A DNA stretch of 64,000 bases, taken from IMG/VR virus record IMGVR_UViG_3300034175_000069; one strand, written 5' to 3'. The translations under genes and the position numbers were made by a program. Of the stretch, positions 39,217-46,818 are shown one piece after another. Source of the stretch: a virus. Lineage: Duplodnaviria; Caudoviricetes. Within the stretch, counting starts at the first letter, position 1, and each line of letters starts with the position of its first letter. Below the pieces are notes generated by a model. It saw nothing but the letters and a program-made list of their open reading frames with translations, was not told where the DNA came from and searched no databases.

Positions 39217-40634
39217 GCCTGGCCCCACGCCAGGCACCAGCGCTGCTGGCTGCCCCGGGCCAGTCCGCCAAGGAGCGGGCGGCTGAGGCTCAGTCCAAGG
39301 CCGCCCAGCACATCGCCAAGGGCAACCCCGGCAGCGGGCCCATCCCGAAGAAGGCCGGGCGGAAGGTCGCCACCGAGGCCGGGGTCAAGCGCTACGGCCT
39401 GCCCATCGGCACGCCCCTGGGACAGGGCAAGGCGAAGAACGAGAAGGACGCCTACGACCGGTTCATGTCCCAGAGCACCCCGGCCGAGCTGACCAAGGCC
39501 GCCCAGTGGATGTCCAACGGGGACCTGGCGCTCACGGCCAAGGCGGTCTTCTCCACCCCGCACGGGAACGAGCGGAACGAGGCGGCCCGGATGGCGCTGG
39601 TCCGGGAGCTGGCCAACCGTGGGATCGACCCGCACACGCTGGGCTACGACGGTGGCTACGTCCCGCTCAACCCGAAGCCGAAGAAGGACCCCACCCTCCC
39701 GGCCGAGGTGAAGGCCAAGAAGGATGCCAACCCGGGCAACCTGGGAGAGGTCCAGCTGAAGTCCGGGCTGGACGCCGAGAAGCTGCCCGACGCCGACCTG
39801 GCCGCGCTGACCGAGGCGGGCTGGAAGGGCGTGCCCGGCGACGACAAGGAGGCGGTCTACCCGCCTGCGGACGTGCTGCCGATCAACAGCTCCAAGCTCA
39901 GCGACGCGACCAAGTCCCAGCTGATCAAGGCTGGCTGGAAGCTCGGGGGCAAGGGCGAGTTCGAGCAGCTGACGCCGCCGCAGGACCGGTTGACAGCGGC
40001 CCGGGACAAGCTCGCCAAGGCGGCCGAGAAGGACACCGGACCGGCCGGGATCAACGAGGTCCAGCTGCGCTCGCAGGTGGACGCCGATGATCTGCCCGAG
40101 GCTGACCGGCAAGCGCTGCTGAAGGCCGGGTGGAAGGGCGCTCCCGACGACAAGAAGGAGGCGCTGTACCCGCCAGCCGACACCGCACCGCTGAGCACGG
40201 CGGGGATCAGCGACGAGACGAAGTCCAAGCTGATCAAGTCGGGCTGGAAGATCTCGGGCCAGGGCACCGACGAGACCCTGGTCCCGCCGAAGGACCGGGT
40301 GACAGCCGAGCGGGACCGGGTGACCAAGGCGGTCGAGACCGAGGCCAAGCGGGCGGCTTCCGCTGCCGAGGCCGAGGCCAAGAAGCAGGCGGCGGCGGCA
40401 GCTGCGGCCCAGAAGGCGGCGGACAAGGCGGCGGCGGCTGCGGCGAAGTCCGGGGCTACCCCGGCCCAGACCGATGCCTCAGACGCGGCCATGTCGGAGG
40501 CGCAGGCGGCCGTGACCACGGCGCGCAAGGCCTACGACGATGCGGTGACTGCGATCGGGGACGCCCTCTCCAAGGGCGAGATCAACGAGCAGGAGGCGCA
40601 GGACCGCCGGAACGCCCTGGGCAGGAAGCCCTGA
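39204..40634 (+). CDS. -1 frameshift extension of the protease (about 474 extra aa); includes ORF 39465-40634
   Basis: Slippery G GGA AAA at 39204-39210; the -1 frame is open from 39201 with coding-like codons and RKVATEAGVKRYGLPIGTP well before the first ATG. Confidence 0.75.
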   Translation, partial: GKSLSLAPRQAPALLAAPGQSAKERAAEAQSKAAQHIAKGNPGSGPIPKKAGRKVATEAGVKRYGLPIGTPLGQGKAKNEKDAYDRFMSQSTPAELTKAAQWMSNGDLALTAKAVFSTPHGNERNEAARMALVRELANRGIDPHTLGYDGGYVPLNPKPKKDPTLPAEVKAKKDANPGNLGEVQLKSGLDAEKLPDADLAALTEAGWKGVPGDDKEAVYPPADVLPINSSKLSDATKSQLIKAGWKLGGKGEFEQLTPPQDRLTAARDKLAKAAEKDTGPAGINEVQLRSQVDADDLPEADRQALLKAGWKGAPDDKKEALYPPADTAPLSTAGISDETKSKLIKSGWKISGQGTDETLVPPKDRVTAERDRVTKAVETEAKRAASAAEAEAKKQAAAAAAAQKAADKAAAAAAKSGATPAQTDASDAAMSEAQAAVTTARKAYDDAVTAIGDALSKGEINEQEAQDRRNALGRKP

Positions 40635-40652
40635 CAGCCGGTTGACACGACG

Positions 40653-40690
40653 AAGGGCCCCGCACCAGAGGTGCGGGGCCCTTTCGTTTG
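40653..40690 (+). terminator. Intrinsic terminator (probably bidirectional)
   Basis: AAGGGCCCCGCACC-aga-GGTGCGGGGCCCTT followed by TCGTTTGT; lies between convergent genes. Confidence 0.85.
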
Positions 40691-40696
40691 TGCAGG

Positions 40697-41089
40697 TCAG
40701 AAGGGAGGAGTGTCGTCCTTCGGCTTATCGGCCTGCTCGGGCTCGGTGGCCAGCGCGTTCCCGCTCAGCTGGGCCACCAGATCCTGGAAGGTCAGCGCCT
40801 CCATCTGCTTCTGCTCGCTGTCGGCGACCTTCTCCACCTCCGGAGCGGCAGCCGCCGCGTCCTTGGCCGCCTTGTAGGCGTCGAAGTCCCGGGTGGACAC
40901 GATCTCCCGGGCCTCCTTGGCCTTCTCCAGCGCCTCGGTCAGGAGCGAGATCTGCTTGTCCAGGATCTGGACCTGCTGTTCCTGCGTCGCGCCGGGCAGG
41001 CCCTTGGTCAGCTGGAAGATCCAGAAGGCGCGCTTGCGGATCGAGTGGCGGAGCTTGCGGACGTTGCGGTCGGTGCGGGGAGCGGTCAT
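40697..41089 (-). CDS. coiled-coil hypothetical protein (reverse-strand insert)
   Basis: ATGA coupling to 41086-41325; helical heptad character. Confidence 0.7.
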   Translation of the reverse strand: MTAPRTDRNVRKLRHSIRKRAFWIFQLTKGLPGATQEQQVQILDKQISLLTEALEKAKEAREIVSTRDFDAYKAAKDAAAAAPEVEKVADSEQKQMEALTFQDLVAQLSGNALATEPEQADKPKDDTPPF

Positions 41090-41325
41090 GGCTGGTCCTC
41101 GTTCTTCTTCTCGGGGTCAGGAGCGGTCACTGCGGCTACGACGATGGCGGTCCCGAAGATCAGGACGACGCCGAGCACCGGGGAGGCGGAGGCGATCAGC
41201 GCTACGACGATGATCCAGCCGACGAGCTGCCACCACCGGTCCGCCTTCGTCTTCGGCTTGCGATCGGTGGCCCCGCCGACCATGACGGGCCCGATCTTCA
41301 CTCCCCAGATGTCCTTGTCGGTCAT
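41086..41325 (-). CDS. membrane protein, leaderless (reverse-strand insert)
   Basis: Two TM segments; tandem GTTGACA promoter (41347/41356) with AATACT-6-ATG. Confidence 0.7.
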   Translation of the reverse strand: MTDKDIWGVKIGPVMVGGATDRKPKTKADRWWQLVGWIIVVALIASASPVLGVVLIFGTAIVVAAVTAPDPEKKNEDQP

Positions 41326-41495
41326 GGGAGAAGTATTGCATGGCCCTGTCAACACTGTCAACTAGGACTTGCCGCGATTCTCGTTGACCACCCGATCGGG
41401 TACTGTCCCGACCGAAGCGACGACGCACGGTGACCACTCCCGCGCGATGACCCTTCCGGTGATGTAGAGCCCCTTCCCACCGGAGGCATCCCTTC

Positions 41496-43091
41496 ATGGA
41501 CCCCCTCGCCGACTTCCAGGGAGACCTGGACCGTCTGGCCGACCTCACCGACGAAGAACTCTCCGCCCTGGAGAGCCGTCTGGTCGAGGCGTTCGACGCT
41601 GCCGACTCCGGCGGTGACGACGCAGCTGCTGGTCAGCTGGCCGACGCTCTGGACTCCGTCCGCAACGAGATCGGGCAGCGCTCCGACGCTCCGCCCGCCG
41701 AGCCGGTGGCTGCTGCCGCCGACACCGCCACCACCGACCCCGCCCCGACCAGCCAGGAGAGCACCCCCGTGACCGCTTCCACCGTCGTCAACGACGTCGA
41801 GCCCGAGGTCCCGGAGGGCCGGGCTCCCGTCGTCTCCAGCACCAGCGCTGTTGTCGCTGGCGCGAACCTGGGCGGGTACGACTCCGGCCAGGTCATCCCA
41901 GACCTGAACCGCATGTCCAAGGCGATGGCCGACCGCATCTCCACCCTGGGCCGCGTCGGCGGTGCCGACGGGGAGCAGGTGCTGGTGGCCTCGATCCGCA
42001 GCAACATCCCCGACGACCGCTTCCTGAAGTACGGGGACGCGATGGGGAACCGCGAGAAGATCGACGCCGCGACCAACCTGGACGCCATCACGGCGGCCGG
42101 TGGCTGCTGCGCCCCGCTGGACACCCGCTACGACCTGTTCGGCATCGGCGACACCGTCCGGCCGGTCAAGGCCAGCCTGGCGGGCTTCGGCGCTGACCGG
42201 GGCGGCATCCGCTTCTTCGAGGGTCCGACCCTGGACCAGATCGGCGCGGCTGTCGGCTTCTGGACCTGCGCCGACGACGCGGCCGTGGACGCCGACGACG
42301 AGGCGACCTGGAAGGTCTGCGCCCGTGTCAACTGCCCCGACGAGTCCGAGGCCCTGGTCCAGGCGGTCACGCTCTGCCTGACCTTCGGCGTCATGCAGTC
42401 CCGGGTCTTCCCGGAGATGGTCACGGCCAACAACAAGCTGGCCCTGGTCGCCCAGGCCCGCCTGTCGGAGTCGGCGCTGCTCTCCCAGATCCGCGCGCAG
42501 TCCAAGAAGGTCACCGGCGGCACCGTGGAGGCCGGTCTCGGCTTCCTGCGCACGCTGCTGGACACCGCTGACCGGGCCATCGCCTACTACCGCGACCGGC
42601 ACCGCATCGCGGCGAACGTGCCGCTCAGCGCCCGCTTCCCGGTCTGGATGATCCAGGCGATCGACGCCGACATGGTCCGGCAGCCGCCCTCGACCGCGCA
42701 GATGGCCGACAACTTCGGCATGAGCGTGGACGAGATCGAGTCCTTCTTCCGGGACCGCAACGTCAACGTCGCCTGGACCTTGGACTCCCACGTCCCGGGC
42801 ACCAACGGCGGTGGCTTCTACGGCAACGTCGCGGACGGCGGGGTCCTCCCGGCCTTCCCGGAGACCGTGCAGTGGTCGCTCTCCATCGAGGGCAGCTTCC
42901 TGTTCCTCGACGGCGGCCAGCTGGACCTCGGCATCGTCCGCGACAGCACGCTGGTCCGGACCAACGACTACCAGACCTTCACGGAGACCTTCGAGTCGGC
43001 CGTCCGGACCGGTGGTGAGGCCCTGTGGGTCACCACGCCGGTGGCCACCACGGGTCGCTACGCCGGGCCCATCACCTACCCGGCCGTCTGA
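41496..43091 (+). CDS. Major capsid (hexamer) protein with N-terminal scaffold/delta domain
   Basis: Acidic helical N-terminus, then ITAAGGCCAPLDTRYDL...RGGIRF and DGGQLDLGIVRDSTL...NDY..F.E.FE, as in cluster-B-like capsids; RBS GGAGG. Confidence 0.9.
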   Translation: MDPLADFQGDLDRLADLTDEELSALESRLVEAFDAADSGGDDAAAGQLADALDSVRNEIGQRSDAPPAEPVAAAADTATTDPAPTSQESTPVTASTVVNDVEPEVPEGRAPVVSSTSAVVAGANLGGYDSGQVIPDLNRMSKAMADRISTLGRVGGADGEQVLVASIRSNIPDDRFLKYGDAMGNREKIDAATNLDAITAAGGCCAPLDTRYDLFGIGDTVRPVKASLAGFGADRGGIRFFEGPTLDQIGAAVGFWTCADDAAVDADDEATWKVCARVNCPDESEALVQAVTLCLTFGVMQSRVFPEMVTANNKLALVAQARLSESALLSQIRAQSKKVTGGTVEAGLGFLRTLLDTADRAIAYYRDRHRIAANVPLSARFPVWMIQAIDADMVRQPPSTAQMADNFGMSVDEIESFFRDRNVNVAWTLDSHVPGTNGGGFYGNVADGGVLPAFPETVQWSLSIEGSFLFLDGGQLDLGIVRDSTLVRTNDYQTFTETFESAVRTGGEALWVTTPVATTGRYAGPITYPAV

Positions 43092-43135
43092 TCCCCCTCG
43101 CTGAGGCTGGTTGACAGAGAGAGGAGGGACAGATC

Positions 43136-44290
43136 GTGCCTGGTTACGTGCAGGACAACGCCGCTTCAGTCCGAGGCCGCGCGCTTCGGGTGACGCAGCT
43201 GGGGTCCGACGGTGCACCCATCACCGGATCCTCGTGTGACGTGTACCTGACCGGCGGCTTCATCTCGTTCCAGTTCACCCCGGAGTACTCCGAGGGCGAC
43301 GAGATCGAGATCAAGAACGCCGCTGGAGAGACCTGCGTCTACTACAAGCTCCCCGACACCCTGAAGAACGTCGGGCTGAGCATGAGCATCTGCGACCCGG
43401 ACCCCGTCCTGACGCAGATGCTGGTCGGTGGTGAGGTGCTGACCGCTGGTGGCACCTCCACCTTCGCCCCCTCGGGGACCGACGCCGGGGACATGGTGGC
43501 CATCGGCTACGCCTCCGAGCTGGCCGGTGCCGTGGCCAACCCGAACGGCGTGGCCGTGGAGGTCTGGGCCGACGCGGTGGTCAACGGGCGCTCTGCGTCC
43601 CGCGCCCCGTTCTGGCACTACCTGTTCCCGTCGGCGCAGTTCCGGCTGGACGGCGACCGGGTCATCGAGAACGGCAACCTGGCCACGGCCTTCGCAGGCA
43701 CGGGCACGGGCAACGAGGCCTTCGGCTCCGGTCCGAACCTGGACCTGGCCGGAGTCACCCCGGCTCCGCCCGCTGGTGCCTTCGACTGGCGCTTCCCGGC
43801 CCACACGGACCGGCCCTTCCTCTACACGCGCAGCTTCTTCGCGCCGCTGGGGCTGAAGGGTCAGTTCGACAACCTCGGGATCCCGATCGTGCGGATCACC
43901 GCTGGGGATCCGGGCGTCTTCAGCCCGGTCAACGCCACGCGACCGGCCGATCTGGCCGACCTCCAGTCGCAGGGCGCTCTGGGCAGCACCACCGCCTGGG
44001 ACCCCAACGAGTTCGTCACGCTGCGGGACAACACCGAGGCGTACTGGGACGGGGCCGCCTGGGTCGCCGGTCGGGCTCCGGCTCCGGCCATCGTGGCCAC
44101 CGGCGCGACGGCGGGCACGCCGGGCATGTTCACGCCTCCGGGCGCGGACGCTCCGGCCGACCTCGATGCGCTGGAGGATGTCGTCGCCACGCCGACCACT
44201 GCCTGGACCGTCGGGCAGCGGATCGTCCTGGCGGACGGTACGACGGCACACTGGAACGGCACCGCCTGGGTTGCGGGCTCCGCGACCTGA
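43136..44290 (+). CDS. Major tail (tube) protein with two C-terminal accessory repeats
   Basis: RGRALRVT...GF.S....EY.EGDEIE.KNA.G..C and CDPDP motifs; duplicated about 65-aa AG.PG.F.P...P.DL..L...W...W.G.AW..G unit. Confidence 0.85.
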   Translation: MPGYVQDNAASVRGRALRVTQLGSDGAPITGSSCDVYLTGGFISFQFTPEYSEGDEIEIKNAAGETCVYYKLPDTLKNVGLSMSICDPDPVLTQMLVGGEVLTAGGTSTFAPSGTDAGDMVAIGYASELAGAVANPNGVAVEVWADAVVNGRSASRAPFWHYLFPSAQFRLDGDRVIENGNLATAFAGTGTGNEAFGSGPNLDLAGVTPAPPAGAFDWRFPAHTDRPFLYTRSFFAPLGLKGQFDNLGIPIVRITAGDPGVFSPVNATRPADLADLQSQGALGSTTAWDPNEFVTLRDNTEAYWDGAAWVAGRAPAPAIVATGATAGTPGMFTPPGADAPADLDALEDVVATPTTAWTVGQRIVLADGTTAHWNGTAWVAGSAT

Positions 44291-44349
44291 TCGGGCCGGG
44301 GTTCGCCCCGGTTGACATGGCATGACCAGCGAAGGCGGAGGGTGTTCGG

Positions 44350-45063
44350 ATGCTCTGGGTTGACCCCACCGACCCCTCCGTCTTCGCTGCCGTCACGGGG
44401 CAGGCGGCACCTGAGACCGCACCGGCCGAGCCGGACGAAGACCTGGTCCTGGCCCTGGCTGTTGCCAGCGAGATCCTGACGCTGGCGACCGGGCACCTGA
44501 TCCACCCGGCCGGGACGCAGGTGGAGGAGATGATCTCCACGCCGAACGTCCGCCGGATCTCGCCGGTCTACGGGCCGGTCCTCGAAGTCCTCGGCATCAA
44601 CGTGGTGGACCCGCTCAGCGGCTCTGAGAGCCCGATCCGGAAGACCTACCGGCTCGTGGGCTCCACCATCCACTTCTTCGGCTCAGCGGGCGCTGTGCCG
44701 GGCTGGCGCGGCGGCTCTGCCTGCGGCGCGTCCGGGCAGCAGATCCTGCGGGTCGAGTACCGCTTCGGCTCCACCCTCACCCGGGGCGCTCGCAACGCGC
44801 TGCTGGCCTACGCCCGCCAGCTCTACCTGTCCTTCATCGAGGACGGCGAGTGCCAGCTGCCCGACCGGGTCACCAGCCTCACGCGCGAGGGCATCAGCAT
44901 GGAGCTGATCACCCCGCAGGACTACCTGGACAAGGGCCGCACCGGGCTGCCGACCGTGGACGCCTGGCTGTCCCAGATCAACCCGAAGCGCGCGCTGCGG
45001 CCGTCGGGGGTCTACACCCCGGACTCACCTCCAGGCGTCGGTGTGCGGCTGCGGAGGGCCTGA
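44350..45063 (+). CDS. Head-to-tail adaptor
   Basis: ASEIL..ATG; C.LP.RVTS.TREG.S; G.TG...VD.W....NP...V..PD motifs. Confidence 0.75.
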   Translation: MLWVDPTDPSVFAAVTGQAAPETAPAEPDEDLVLALAVASEILTLATGHLIHPAGTQVEEMISTPNVRRISPVYGPVLEVLGINVVDPLSGSESPIRKTYRLVGSTIHFFGSAGAVPGWRGGSACGASGQQILRVEYRFGSTLTRGARNALLAYARQLYLSFIEDGECQLPDRVTSLTREGISMELITPQDYLDKGRTGLPTVDAWLSQINPKRALRPSGVYTPDSPPGVGVRLRRA

Positions 45064-45066
45064 GCC

Positions 45067-45621
45067 ATGACCTACGCCCGGACCGACCCGTTCGCGGCCG
45101 ACCGGCTGGCTGAGGCCGATGCTGCGGCTGCCGCGATGATCGAGGCGGCCGAGGCCGGTGCCAGCACCGGGCCTTCGACCCTCTCCAGCATGGGTGAGGC
45201 CTTGCTGGAGATCGTGAAAGCCGCCGCCCTTGCCAAGGGCACCCCGCTCCCGGCCAGGCAGTCGGTCTACATGGCCCCGATCCCGGCCGACTGTGAGCAG
45301 GTCGCCGTGCTGTTCACCGGCTGGAACCCCACCCCGGCCGCCGACGGGCCGACCATCTGCAAGCCGTGGCGCTGGATGGGCAGCTACTCGGTGATCATCA
45401 CCCGCTGCACACCCGCCGTGCAGAAGGGCAAGACCCCGCCCTCGATGGAGATGATGATCGAGGCCGCGCGCCTGGCCAGCTCGGACGCCGAGATCCTGCT
45501 GGAGGCTGTCAACCGGCTGGACGAGATCGGCTCGGACATCTCGGTGGTCACGAACGCTCCCTCCGGCGGCTTCCAGACCGTCGAGCTGAACGTCCAGCTG
45601 CTGGCGGTCGGCACCTTCTGA
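45067..45621 (+). CDS. Head-tail joining / tail terminator-like protein
   Basis: Position and DCEQ...I.RC pattern. Confidence 0.55.
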   Translation: MTYARTDPFAADRLAEADAAAAAMIEAAEAGASTGPSTLSSMGEALLEIVKAAALAKGTPLPARQSVYMAPIPADCEQVAVLFTGWNPTPAADGPTICKPWRWMGSYSVIITRCTPAVQKGKTPPSMEMMIEAARLASSDAEILLEAVNRLDEIGSDISVVTNAPSGGFQTVELNVQLLAVGTF

Positions 45622-46043
45622 TGGCCCGGACCAAGGTCGAATGGGTCCCCGACGAGGCAGCCATCAAGGAGTTCGCCGGGTGGACCGGGCCCGTGGGCCA
45701 GTCGGTCAACCGCCTGGCGATGGAGGCCGTCTTCCGGATCCGTGGCCTGGCCAACCGGCGCTCGGGCGTGATGACTGCCGGGATGCACTACAAGAAGGGC
45801 ACCTGGTCCCGGGGGATCCAGTTCGATGCGGGCTCCGACGTGGGCTACACGCTGTTCGTGGACCAGGGGACCAAGCCGCACCCGATCAAGCCGAAGAACC
45901 CCGGTGGGGTGCTGACCTTCTACTGGCCCAAGGTCGGCCGGGTCGTGCACTTCAAGTCCGTCCAGCACCCCGGCAACAAGCCCTACAAGTTCCTGGAGCG
46001 CGGCCTGGAGGCCGCCCTGAGCATGTGGGAGCGCGGCGGTTGA
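45621..46043 (+). CDS. HK97 gp10-like neck/tail-completion protein
   Basis: Y..FV..GTKPH.I.P...L.F....VF...V.HPG..P..FL motif; its stop codon lies inside a GTTGACA copy. Confidence 0.75.
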   Translation: MARTKVEWVPDEAAIKEFAGWTGPVGQSVNRLAMEAVFRIRGLANRRSGVMTAGMHYKKGTWSRGIQFDAGSDVGYTLFVDQGTKPHPIKPKNPGGVLTFYWPKVGRVVHFKSVQHPGNKPYKFLERGLEAALSMWERGG

Positions 46044-46092
46044 CATGACCGGCTGACAGACTGCAAGCGCACGTGCACGCCCCGCTGATGAG

Positions 46093-46590
46093 ATGGAGAT
46101 GTCGATGCCACGCAAGACGTTCAGGGTCGCTGCGGCGGTCGAGCCGATCAGCTTCGACCTGGAGGGCCCGATCCGGGGGATCCAGAACTTCCCCTGCCGC
46201 GACCGGATGGCCGCCGGTTCGCTGATGCGCTTCGCCGAGATGTTCTCCTCGATCAAGGACGAGGCCGAGGGCTCTCCCGAGGCCGCCTCCGACGGCGCGA
46301 AGGCCATCCCCGCGATCCGCCAGTTCTTCGACTCCGCCCTCCAGAAGGAGGGCCGCTCCCGCTTCTGGGACATGATCAACGACGACGACGAGGGCATCCC
46401 GCTGGACACCCTGGTCGAGGTCGCTGGCTGGCTCGCGGAGGTGTACTCGGGTGGACGCCCTACTGGGACGAACTCCGGCAGTACATCGGAGGGGACCTCA
46501 ACTGGCGACGGTTCTCCGGCTACGCCCTCAGCCGGGGACATCGTCGAGTACTCACGACCCTCACAGCTGACGAGTTCTACGACCTCGTAG
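46093..46590 (+). CDS. Tail assembly chaperone
   Basis: Position before the tape measure; conserved ...WL.EVYSG.RPT segment. Confidence 0.8.
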   Translation: MEMSMPRKTFRVAAAVEPISFDLEGPIRGIQNFPCRDRMAAGSLMRFAEMFSSIKDEAEGSPEAASDGAKAIPAIRQFFDSALQKEGRSRFWDMINDDDEGIPLDTLVEVAGWLAEVYSGGRPTGTNSGSTSEGTSTGDGSPATPSAGDIVEYSRPSQLTSSTTS

Positions 46591-46745
46591 AGCACTGGCT
46601 GGAGGAGAGGTCGATCGAGGACAAGGAACAGCACGACGCCCGGGATCGGGTCAGGGTCAACCTGGCCAGGGCCACGAAGGTGGCCGAGCAGATGGCCTCG
46701 GGTGAGGACGTGAGCGACGTGCCGCCCCACCTGCTGGGGAGGTAG
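46456..46745 (+). CDS. -1 frameshifted extension of the tail assembly chaperone
   Basis: Start-less -1 frame PYWDELRQYIGGDLNWRRFSGYALSRG...DEFYDLVEHWL... with GC3 bias, ending at TAG 46745. Confidence 0.7.
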
Positions 46746-46818
46746 CAGGACCGGCGGGGCTCGGTTGACACGGGCCCCGCCGGACGGGACAAGCCGTACA
46801 GGACAGGGGGGTGCGCGG

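Noticed and set aside
39465-40634. Independent gene starting at ATG 39465
   Set aside because: No SD, and the frame is coding-like for 85 codons upstream back to a perfect slippery site. A frameshift extension fits better, though internal initiation is not excluded.
46765-46818. Longer tape-measure start at 46765, and other upstream-extended starts in the ORF track (e.g. 34929, 50955, 54409, 57096)
   Set aside because: The extensions run through promoter/motif sequence or other genes; RBS or leaderless geometry supports 46819, 34986, 51723, 54454 and 57051.
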